Shown piece by piece: positions 1 through 10,849 of a stretch of DNA of 64,000 nucleotides (positions are counted from its first letter, which is position 1; each line of letters opens with the position of its first letter). A model generated the notes under the pieces. It saw only the letters and a list, made by a program, of their open reading frames with translations. It was not told where the DNA came from and ran no database searches. The stretch lies in contig CDMY01000258.1 in NCBI GenBank assembly GCA_001179505.1, forward strand, positions 1 to 64,000. The letters run 5' to 3'. The translations under genes and the position numbers were made by a program. This DNA comes from Vitrella brassicaformis CCMP3155 (taxonomy: Eukaryota > Protista > Chromerida).

Positions 1-44
1 GGGCTGCTGGGGGCCTGCGAGCTGGATGCAGTTTTCTGTCTTAA

Positions 45-1273
45 ATGGCGCCGTTTCTTTTCGGCCTGCTTTCCCTCCAGCTCTTGACCGCGGTGGTGAG
101 CGCTGCTGAATCCGGGTTCGGGGCGGCGCTCTGGAGGGGGACAAGATCGAGACGGGCTTGAGACTCAATGTGTCGCGGCATCTGGCTGCCGTCGAGAAGG
201 GGACGCCTGTCAACCAGACCCTGGACGAGAAGGCACTGCAGACGATCAAGGACCTTTGCAAGAGTGAACATACGTCAGTCCCCCATGAGTTCCTGCGCTC
301 GTCAGCCGGCCTGCAGTGCGCAGCGTATATCAGTCTACGTACCTTCGCTTCAATGCCTGCCCTATGTTGTTCTTTTCTGTAGCTATTGTATGGTGGCTGC
401 TCACAGAAACCTTTTGGAGGTGAGAGAGCCAAGCACAACGCCACGAGCTCTGAGACTCAGCGATTGTCGGTGCGTAATATTCATTCATGTCTCCCTCCGT
501 AGGGCTGGAGGCCACAAGATCCGAAGGGCTTCTGGACGCAACACAGCAAGGCGCTGATCGACAGCATGAATGCCACGGGCTACTTCGAGAGTGACAAAGT
601 GCTCTATCACATCAAGTAGGCCGTAAGATTGCGCTGCCCTGTCAGTGAGTGCACCGCTGGTGTTTGCCGTGTGTCAGGTACTCATCGGGCGTCATGGGCA
701 TCGTCGTTTTGGCTGATGTCGCGTCTGGTGAGGATTCAGAACATCCGCATGTGTCTACTTTTGAGACCCAACCCAACATGTTATCTTTCTTTGCCCACCA
801 GGCCAGCTGCAGTCCCAAGATCCGGCACATGCAACGTTGCCACACGGTCGACACACGACTTTCCTAATCTGATTTCTTCACTTCTGTCCTCGTTTCGGAC
901 CGCAGAGGACCGGACGACGCTGCACGTGGCGATAAAGATGAGCAGAAGCGATCCGAGCCCTTATCGTCACGCCATCTTTGCTGATGAGCTACAAAAAGAG
1001 AAAACAGGTAACAAACGGGCGACTGCAACAGCAACGAAGGCACACACGCCATTCTCACCCATTGATCAGCATACAAAAAACTTGAAGACCTCATGGCAGC
1101 TAAGGAATGCTACTCAGCAGGCGATGATTAGAAGCAACCCGTGGGAAGATGGATGGATGGATGGATGGATGGACGGATGTGTCAGGGCATCTCTCGAGAC
1201 ACACACCTCCCTCGGATTCCCCGAGTGTATGTCCCCGTTCCCGGGAAAGCCGACAAGCCTCTCTCAGGTCCCT

Positions 1274-1307
<34 letters not shown>

Positions 1308-2918
1308 CTGCACTCAAACGCAGAAGCCAAAAAATGCACGTGTACCTTTCGGTGGATTTGAACCGCAGACGCCTACTTGTATCTCGGTTCCTGAGAGGAC
1401 GCATTCTCTGCTTGCTACATTGTGTGATGACTCTTCTGTGTGTGTACTTTGAGTGTCTTTGCCGCAGAACGGTTCGATGGCGAGAATTTGTGGCACATGT
1501 AAGACAACGAGACATAGCAATGATTCACACTCGTCAATAGCGACATTGGTCAACTTCACCAGGCAAGAGGAGCATGTCCCAGTCAACAGCCTAGTGCCGC
1601 TAATGCTACCCGGCGATAAGACGAGACACACACTCGTTCGTTTTGGTTCGTTCATGTTGGCTTTGGTCATCGAAGCGACCCTTGCCCTCCACAAGATCGG
1701 CATCGCTCACTGCGAGTGAGCGCGGGGAGATGGGACAAGAGATGTGGTCATCGCACACACGTTTGTTTGTTTCCCGTGGGTCAGTCTCAATCCCGGTATG
1801 TACCGCGCGTGTATGCACACCGGACGGTGGCAGGCCAAGTAGTATGACCAGACGCACGGTGGATTGCTTCGCTTCAGGTAACATCCTCTTGCCGCTTCTG
1901 AAAGCAGAGGACATCCATTGGCCATATGGCGCAGCTGCACCCAAAAGAGTAGGTGTCTCACCCACAGTCGAACAGTCGCATCAATCTCTTCGTTCGTCTC
2001 TCTTTTCCCCATAATCGGTACAGGGCGACGTCTTTGTGGCGACGGAGCTCAAGCCTAGATCACTCATACTGATAGATTTCAGTTCCCTTGCCTTCATCAC
2101 GGCCCCGGACGAGCGCGACCCGTGTGAGAAGGAGTCCTGGGATGCAGCCAAAATCGTCCAGTAAGTGAGTGCATCGTCAGCGCCTCTCCGCCCCCTGTCT
2201 TCATGCATTGTTTGCGCAGGCTGAGTGATTTGACGTTCACCGGTCCAATGCTAGCTTCGCGGCCCGTGCTGGAGTCACCCACGCTCATTGACATGATCAA
2301 ACATCAGCACGATCCCGACAAGGTGGGAGGCGTGCACTAGACGGGACTCTTGCATGTGTCTCATGTTATGTCATGTTACGTTGTGTGGGGGTGTGTACAT
2401 CCCGATCCAGAGCTGCTACATGTTCAGCCTATTCTTTGGGGGGCCAGTGGCAACTGAGTAGATCGTCAACACCACAGGCCAATACCTGGGGGAAGGTATC
2501 TATCTAACACGGCCGTGCATCGCATCCATCCCTATATGTGTCCATGGAACTTGCTCATGTATGTCTGCAGACCTGGTGTCTCGCCTCCGTGAGTACGAGC
2601 GGCTGGCTCCGCTGCTCGAAATGCCTCCCTCGAACTCCCAATATTTAAACTTCTTCCAAGCCATGGCCGCCAAGTAGGCTAATTCGGCAGCCCAGAGACA
2701 TCCCTCTTTGTCCATTTCGCATTTAAAGGGACCCGGTAGAGTACAAGAAGAAGCTCCTGGAGCACAAGCCGGAGTTGCAATCCCAGCAAGAAGACGTCGA
2801 CAGGATCCTCTCGATGGCGGGCTCATGCTCGCCTACGCGCCAGGACAAGTGGCTGAGGGAGATGCGGGACCTCGCCCTGAAGGACGGCATCACGTATGGC
2901 CCCGACCACAAACCCGTG
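45..2918 (+). pseudogene. Secreted atypical protein kinase-like pseudogene (paralog of 14500-16551)
   Basis: ATG at 45 gives signal-peptide-like MAPFLFGLLSLQLLTAVVSAA. Spliced exons give YSSGVMGIVVLAD (Gly-loop region), LHVAIK, LALHKIGIAHCD-LNP-GNILL (using an 11-nt microexon at 1785-1795), LILIDFS and a C-terminus EDVDRILSMAGSC...WLREMRDLAL*. Lesions: frameshift near 130, stop/frameshift near 1500, in-frame TAG at 2459-2461. Confidence 0.75.
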
Positions 2919-2993
2919 AGACACGCCACAGAGATGCCATGAATGAGCTGATGCATCACGTCAAGCCGATGAGGAACGCAGAGGCCGGCCCGT

Positions 2994-3296
2994 CCCGTGT
3001 GTGCGATTGAGCGAATGAGTACTGACTGTTGGAATTGGCCATGTGGCGTCGGTATCTCTGTCAGTCATTGTCAACAGTGATCGATTCAAACGAGAGATGT
3101 CCATACATACATGCATTGGATCGTCAAGCGAGCACTCTTGGACGTGCAGACAGACGGAGCACGCAGCCAGCAGACAGACACTTGCAGACAGACACACATG
3201 TGCACGCAGCAGAGCTGCAGACAGACACACCACATATAAACGAACGCATGGGGCGGACGGACGGTGGCGATACAGACACGCACGTCATTGAAGGCA
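2994..3296. repeat. ~300-bp dispersed direct repeat, copy 1
   Basis: The stretch cccgtgtg..gcgattga.cgaatgagtactgactgttgga...catgcattggatcgtcaagcgagcactcttggacgtgcag...cgaacgcatggggcggacggacg...ttgaa.gca recurs near-identically at 7243-7564. Confidence 0.9.
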
Positions 3297-4041
3297 AGGA
3301 ATTCCTGGTTTGACAAGGAATTCCTTGCTTCAGAGGGCCATTCCCGCCAGGTTTGCTTCATCTGGTCGGCCATTCCGTCGAGCTTCGAGCTTCTTGATCC
3401 GTCTTCGCTAATTTTGCTCGTCGGAGGTCTCCTGGCCTTCCCCTGGGGCTGTCTTCGCCAGATTCACGCATCCAGCCTCTCCCCGACAAGATCTCTTGTT
3501 CAAGACGTCATCCCCGCAGCTTGGCGGGTTCGGTTGATCAACAGCTCTATCGCACCAGCCCCTTGTGTCTCGTGCTTCCTCTGCTGATTTGGTGCCTCTA
3601 CGCGTGGCCGACAAAGCCGGGAAGCGAGCAAGGGGATAGAACTGATAGGACGGACAGACTAGTCTTGAGACGTGTGCATTTGTATATTCGACAAGTGTGT
3701 GACACTGTGCGTAGCAGTGTGCCATTGTGACTCGTTGCCTCCTTTGACTATCGACTTCTTACCTTCGTCGTCTAGTTGAGCGTCGCAAGCGGTGTCTCTC
3801 TAGCGTGAACCACATTAAAGTGGTCCCTTAACACGGGCTACCCTGCCCGTCGGTGGTTCTCTCACAGAGAAACCTGCTGTGCGCGTGACATCAGGTCGAC
3901 TTGACTCGTGTGCTTGTCGTCATTTATTCTTAATTGTGTCTCTTATCGATTGGTCAATCAGCATCGAGTAAGCGGTATTTCATAGCGTCATCTATACGAA
4001 TGATCCCAGGCCACCCCACCCCACCCACCGGGCCCGCCTGC

Positions 4042-6255
4042 TCACTCGAGCGCATCCAGCTGTTCGATGGCCTGCCGCACTTTCTCCCACACCCCCTCAG
4101 GCGCCACCCGCTCCAGCGACCCGACGTCCATCTCCCAACGACGCTGGCCGACCATGGAACAGAGCGTGTCGAAGTGCCTGTTCTCTCGCCCACGGTTGCC
4201 GCCGAACAATTCGATGAGAGCCGATCCGGTGCGCATATATAGGCAATGGGTCAGGCCCGCCCCATGGACGCCCATCAGGATGTCAGCCGAGGTCGCCGTC
4301 AACACTTGCTCGGTGAAGGTGTGCGCCTCGCCAGGGTTGTAGTCCTTTATTTGCCACCCCGACAAACGTGAGTCGGTCGCCGCCGCCTTGTCTAATGACT
4401 GCCGCAGGGACGCCAGCAGCTCAGCCTCGTTGCCCACCTGACGTCACAACAACCCGAATACACTCATCACACGACGTCTGGCCGCACGTGGCTGTGGTGT
4501 GGCTAACGTGTCTAGCTGGCGTGTAGGTTTTGATGTGGCCTCTTGCCTTGTCGACAACTTGCGAGTACGGCCGTCTGCTGAGCCACAAGATGCGCCTCTC
4601 ACGCCTCGGGGGCCACTGCCACTGTTGCCGCAAGAACTCATCCGCCATGGTGGTCGTGTTGCTCAGCTGGCCCGGACGTCTTTTGTCCAACGCCTCCACG
4701 GTGCTGCTGCTGTTGGTGTCACGCTGAGAGGTGGAGACGTTGAGTGCTGTCAGGACGTGTGTACGGAATGCGTGCATGATGGCCGATTCGCAGAGATTGG
4801 AGTGCCCGTCGCCAGCTGGGTGGAATTCGGAGCGAGAGTTGCCTCGCAACAAAACACGATCGGCAAGATGCGTCTGCCAGTCGAGGTTCATGAGGCCCAC
4901 ACCGCCGTGAGCGCCATGGACGAGACGCGAAAAGCACAGCTTGCCCTGATAAAACCGCTGTGTGGCTGGTGATGGGCGTGTGCCGATGAAGACAGGGGGG
5001 TGCGAGGGCAACATGCCCTGCCAGAAGTCGATAAAAGGTCCCGGCGGCTGCTTGTCGACTGTCAGCACCCACACACGCACACAAATGGAATCTGTGTCTT
5101 TCTTCTGTTTCTCTTTTCTGTGTGTGTGCATCACAGACTTGCGAGGAATTGTGTTTCGAAGGGCGACAGTCCGGCCACAGCCAACGCGATGAACGCACCC
5201 ACCGCATCCAGGTGCATCTGGTTGATGTTGGTCGGATCCCACCTGCACGCACGCCCACGACACGACACGACACTGAATGACGCACTCACACACGGGCCCA
5301 TATCTATGGTATGTGGGTACCTTTCCAAAACAAGCACAGGATGCCGCACCCAGTGTCTCTCATCGCACACCACATGGCCACTTGCATTCGACTCGCCATA
5401 ATAGTGCAGCTTCTCCAGAAACCGAGCAGGCGGGCTGTCTGAGATGTCTGCCTCCTTCTCCAGCTGGAGGTCGGGAGTGCAGCCCGTCTGCACGCCCTCC
5501 CACTGGTCCTTGCCTGGCTGCCCCCAGCCCTTGCCGCCCGTTGCGTACTGCCACACAGCCGCCCGGATGGCGACAAAGTCACACATGACACGCGGGAATT
5601 TGAAGTCGCCCTTTCTCAGATAGCAGTTGACAGATGACACAGGGGCGTCGTTGTCGCGTCGGCTTTGGCAGATCTGCACCCGGAAGCCTCGCCAGCGGTC
5701 GATGAAAGGCAGGCCGTACCAGTACCTGCAGAGGCCGGGCTCCCTGACCTCGTCAAGGGCTCGGTCGGCCTGCTGAATCTCGTCATAGATGAGGCTGCAC
5801 GCTGAGAGGCTGGATGGAGCCGTTGGCTGATGCTGGTCTGACTCACGTCTGTCGAAGTGCCACTTGGGGTGTCCACGGAATTTGATGGTCTTGTTGCCCT
5901 CTTTGTCCGTCTCCGTTGACATGAGGTCACCGCCCTGGAACTCGCGGCTGAGATTGGCGTGCCCTGCCTTGACGAACTTCTGCCTCACACGAGACAAGGC
6001 AAGGACACACACAGGATGACAACATCTGGTGCCCGTAGACGTGTGCTTGTGTGCAGACGACGCAGAAACGTCGTAAGGCCATCTTGTGCGACGTCTCACC
6101 GTCTTGCGAACATCTTTGGTTTCCGTGCGCTCGGTGTAGTAGGCTGTCAGGGGGACTTCGCACGGCTTAGGCTGGAGGTTCCTGCATGTCACCAGAGCGA
6201 CGCTGGAGGCGAGCACCAGGGCCTTAAGCAGGAGGGCAAGCACGACGGATGCCAT
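4042..6255 (-). CDS. Glycosyltransferase family 61 (DUF563; EOGT/POMGNT2-like) with N-terminal signal/anchor
   Basis: Hydrophobic start MASVVLALLLKALVLASSVALV; ILWLSRRPY; C-terminal ADILMGVHGAGLTHCLYM...ALIELF matches the GT61 hallmark GxHGAGLT. The start is uncertain because the ATG directly follows a cag acceptor, so an upstream exon is possible. Confidence 0.85.
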
Positions 6256-6857
6256 CTGCAATGACATGCACCAAACGGAACAGAGCCATCCCATCCTAAT
6301 GGCACAATGGGACGGCGCGGCAGTCAGCCCCCGGCCGCCTCGTCTCGCTCACCGTCTCGATACCCACAGGCAACTCAAATGGTGAAGGGTTCAGTCAGGG
6401 ACACCCAGAGAGGCTTCCGGGACCGCAGAAACGAAGGCGGCAGCTGAGCGGCGCTCCCTGGCTTGATACGAGGCGTTGTGTCACAAGGCCTCGTGGCAAA
6501 GCCCCCAGCGGAGAGGAGACGCCCCTAAAGCTTACAACCCGAAGAACGAAAGGGATGGCGAGTTTACGAGTCTCGAATCTTAACGACACCTTTGAGCTGC
6601 CATCGAGACTCTTAACGCTAACAGGTGACGCCTGCTTTGCTGAGCCGCTGGCGATGATGGTGATGCGTCGTTTCGCCCTCGAATCATCTTGGTGATGTGC
6701 AGCCCAGCGCAACGATGGCCGACGTAAGCTGAGGGGGGACACACACGCACCGAACCCATAAAGGGGCGAAACTGACCCGCTCAGGTTGTTGTATAGATTG
6801 ACGGCCCACCAACGATTGATCCATCACACGAGAGCCACAATCACACACTTGCGTAAC

Positions 6858-7200
6858 ACTCACTCGTCACCTTTGGTTCTGTTTTGCTTTGCTTTGCTTT
6901 GCTTTGCTTTGTTTTGTTTTGCCTTGCTTGTCTCCTCTCACTCGTCACCTTTGGCTTTGGCTTTGCTCTGCGTACGGGCCAGGTAAATTTGCGAAGCGCT
7001 GTTTCTGCTGGCAAGCTTTGCTTGGCTTTGGCGAGCTTCGCTTGGCTTCGTCGCGGGACCCTTTCGGCTCGCCCCCAGCTTTTTGCGCAGCGTTCCCAGC
7101 ACAGAGAGGGCTTTGCTCTGCTTCGCTTTGCTCTGCTGTGCTCATTGACACTCCAGAGGAATGGGTTCCTTTGGTTTGCTTTGCTCAGGCCGGTTTGCTG
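6858..7200. repeat. Degenerate (GCTTT)n pentamer tract containing a duplicated 18-mer
   Basis: ttgctttgctttgctttgctttg runs and ctttgctctg variants; ctcactcgtcacctttgg occurs twice (~6858 and ~6937). Confidence 0.7.
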
Positions 7201-7242
7201 CGTTTGCTTTGGGGGCTGTAGCCGCTGCACACTTGGGCCCTG

Positions 7243-7564
7243 CCCGTGTGAGCGATTGAACGAATGAGTACTGACTGTTGGATTAATTAAACATGTGGCG
7301 TCGGTATCTCTGTCAGTCAGTGTCAACAGTGATCGATTCAAACAAAGAGAGAGATGTCCATACATACATGCATTGGATCGTCAAGCGAGCACTCTTGGAC
7401 GTGCAGACAGACGGAGCACGCAGCCAGCAGACAGACACTTGCAGACAGACACACATGTGCACGCACCAGAGCTGCAGACAGACACACCACATATAAACGA
7501 ACGCATGGGGCGGACGGACGTGGCGATGGCGATAGACATACATACACGCACGGCGTTGAAAGCA
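7243..7564. repeat. ~300-bp dispersed direct repeat, copy 2
   Basis: Same orientation as 2994-3296 and near-identical, with a few small indels. Confidence 0.9.
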
Positions 7565-8070
7565 CAGACACAGCCTCTCACACAACAAACAAAACCAAAA
7601 CGCAATGAGAGCTCGTCCAACGTGATGCACTCATTCATGTGTGTGTGTGCTTGCGTCGCCAGAAGCTGTCCGTTCCCTCGCTGTGCTCTGTGCGGGCGGT
7701 GTGATTCGATCAGCTGCCCCGTGGCCACCTCTGTGCTATCTGCCGGTGCAGTCGGCACATGCACAGCCGTGGCCGCACGAGTTCTGATCAAACCGCACAG
7801 CCCCAGCGGAGCGACAGACCGACAGACCAAGATGGACAGAGAGACCACATCACGCAAGAAGAAGCGGTCAAGCCGGCCTTCCTTCCTTACTCACTCACTC
7901 ATGCGGCCACACGCACACACACACACACTGGTCCCATACACTGATGCAGCTGACTGACTACAAATCGTTAGTCTCGGCCGATCAGTCCACGGCGGCAGCA
8001 GACACAGACAGACAGACAGACAGGCAAGGAGAGAAGGGTGGAGGGAGGGAGGGAGGGAGGGAGAGAGGCG

Positions 8071-9514
8071 TCACTGGGTCTTGCACTCCTGCTGGTCTCC
8101 AGCACCGCCCTGACACACATATGTACATGACACATACATTGCATGAGAATGCAGCACTGGTGAAAGAGAGGCCGGCCGTGTGCTGTGCGCACCTTTCCCT
8201 CCTTGCCCTTAGGCGCTCCGTGGTGGCCATGCTTGCCCTTGCCCTGACCACACACACACATATACACAGACAGAGAGACAAACAGTCGTGAGTGCGACCC
8301 GACCCACACAGGATATATGGTCGATACACACGAGTCATGAGAACAGTCCAGCCAGCCAGCCGATCGGTCAGTCCTTCCTTGCTAGATTTGTGTGCGTGTG
8401 TGTGTGTCAGCCAGCCAGTCATCTCATCCATGACATACACACATCCATCCATCCAGGCCCAGCCATATGATTTGGTGATTATCACATGATCTCTTAGGTG
8501 TGCTGTCTCTGACGCACTTTTCCCTTGGACTTCGGCATGTCTGCATCGTCCTCCTCGTCGTCGTCCTCGTCGTCATCGCCCTAAACACACACACGCATAG
8601 ACACACATCGACCCATCCATCCATCCATCCATCCCCCTCTCTCCCCTCTGTCTGTCTGTCTGTCTGAGTGGATGGTGTGTGTGGCCTCCACACATGGTCA
8701 TCGTCGTCAAGGTCGTCGTCATCGAATTCGTCGTCGCTGTCCTCCTCGTCGTCGCTGTCCACCTCCTCACCAGTGTACCACAACACCGCACGAGGGATGA
8801 TCTTCTCCTACACGCATATAATCACGCAGCGACACGAACGAAGGCTGACCCCTTTGTGTGGACCAGTCCTCGTGTGTCGCCCACCCGTATGATGCATCCG
8901 GCCTGGTAGTCGGCCTCGACGATGACCTCGAGCTCCTCCACGGCCTCCTCCTCCATCTTCTCCAAATCCTGCTCACTCGGAATCACTATATGCACACATA
9001 CATAATAAGGTCGAGCACTCGTATCCATCCATCCATCCATCCATCCACTCGTCGGTAAGGCCCTCTCTGACTGACTGACCGTGTTTCTTGAAGAAGTTGA
9101 AGAAGGAGGGGACGTCGACCTGCTCGGTGATCTTGCGGGTCGCCTTGGTACCTGATGTGTGAGGCATGCGAAGATGGACACACACATGCATGTGTGTGTT
9201 GGTGCCTGTGTGTCATGTCTGGCGTCTTGTTGTTACGTTTATTCTTTTGTTTGCGCGTGACGGTCTTCTTGGTGACGTCTTTGCCGGGCTTCCACACCAA
9301 CTCAGTGCTGACCACCATATACATAACACATATACAGTCAGCACGCACATGCTCCCTCAGACAGCCCCCCCCTCCCTTCCCTTAGGGCCTACCAGTCGGT
9401 TGACGAGAGGACTTCGTCTTTGCCGTCGTCAGGCTGCTCGAGAATGTAGCTCTTGACGATCGTCGACGGCTCAAAGTAGGGATTCTCGCTGAACTTGAAA
9501 ATCAAACGGAAACT

Positions 9515-9548
<34 letters not shown>

Positions 9549-10595
9549 GTTAAGGCAGAGTGATGTGCTGGCGTTCATTCCCACGTACGCTTTGTTCCTT
9601 GTCGTCGAACCACTCTGACTGAATGTCCTCAAGATACGCCTACACACACGACACACGACGCAGTGGGGGTTTGCATGGCATGGGTGTGGTGTGTCCCTCT
9701 CTCTCTCCTCCCGACCTCGACTTACCAGTACAGGCTCATCGTGTGTTTCAATCATGTCGGCCAGCAACCGGTGGTTCTTCAGAGCCGTCAACCAAAACTT
9801 GGGCAGACCCTGCACACACACACACACGGCAGCACACATATAGTTCACTGTCTGTTCCCAACTCGTATATGTGTGTGCATGCGTCTGTCTGTCTGTCTGT
9901 CTGTCTGTTACCGCGGTGCCGATGTGGACATCGGTCTCCTCCTTGTCTTGTGTCTTGTCGCTGTCGGGTGCCTGCGAGTCGTCCTGACTCGCCTGAGTCG
10001 TGCCGTCGCTGGGCACTGTGCTCTCGTCCTTCTTAGTCAGCACCGAGTAGCGCTGCAACCCACGCACACACCGACATTCATTTACACAAAGACATTCACA
10101 CCTCAGTCACGTGGAATGTTCGAGAGACTGTGTCGGATCTGCCTACCTTCCTGTAGATGGGGTCCTTGAGCTTCTGGTACTTGGTCTTGAGCTCGTTCCA
10201 CTCCTCGCGGTACTGCTTCTCGATCTCGTCGTGCTGCTTCTGCACACACGCAGCGCAGAGATGGGGGATCTCCACATGCGGCAGGGCGGGCGGCCATGCT
10301 ATCTCGTGTGTGCTGACGTGCAGATCTCGGAGGTCGTTGAGAGTCTTCTTCTCAGAGTCAGACAGCTTGTCTGTGACAAACACAACCACACACAGAGAGA
10401 GACGAAGGCGTCCTCCTCGCGGCCCGGTGCTGTGACCCGCCACAGCACGTCCATCCTGAGGCGTACCGAGTGCGAGATTGAACATGCCATTCGTCACCTC
10501 CTGCACCTGCTGATCAGTCTACACACACGCACAGACCAAACACCAGGGACGCGACATGAGTGCACCGAAGGAAGAGCTCATGTGTCCTGTACCAT
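8071..10595 (-). CDS. NAP1: Nucleosome assembly protein (NAP1 family)
   Basis: Exons read KQHDEIEKQYREEWNELKTKY, GLPKFWLTALKNH, FRLIFKFSENPYF, LVWKPGKDVTKK, VPSFFNFF, EKIIPRAVLWYTGE, an acidic tail, then GGAGDQQECKTQ*. The 5' start exon is tentative. Confidence 0.95.
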
Positions 10596-10849
10596 CTTGA
10601 GGCGAAGATCTGCAGACGGGTCACCACGATGCTCTTGCCCCTCACCAGAACAATGCCCAAGCACAGCGCAGTTTCCACACCTTTTGAGCTCGCAATGGCG
10701 ATCGGAAAATGCTGCTGATCGGAAAATTCCGCTGTTCCCGTGTTTGTTTTCGAGGCATCCATCAACTCTCACGGCGTGGATCTGACGACTGTAGCATACA
10801 ATGGCCTGATAGTCGATAGCCTTGACTTTCCCGCCGGCATCTGGTGGCG

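Noticed and set aside
629-1540. 303-aa ORF, and many other track ORFs rich in HTHT/CVCV/MDGW
   Set aside because: These read through intronic (CA)n and (GATG)n microsatellites; only short exon segments are truly coding.
6395-6742. 115-aa minus-strand ORF as an N-terminal extension of GT61
   Set aside because: It is in frame with the putative upstream exon but separated by a TGA and has no recognisable motifs; more likely 5' UTR.
2994-7564. LTR retrotransposon
   Set aside because: There is no gag, protease, RT or integrase, no PBS/PPT and no target-site duplication; the interior is a spliced cellular gene.
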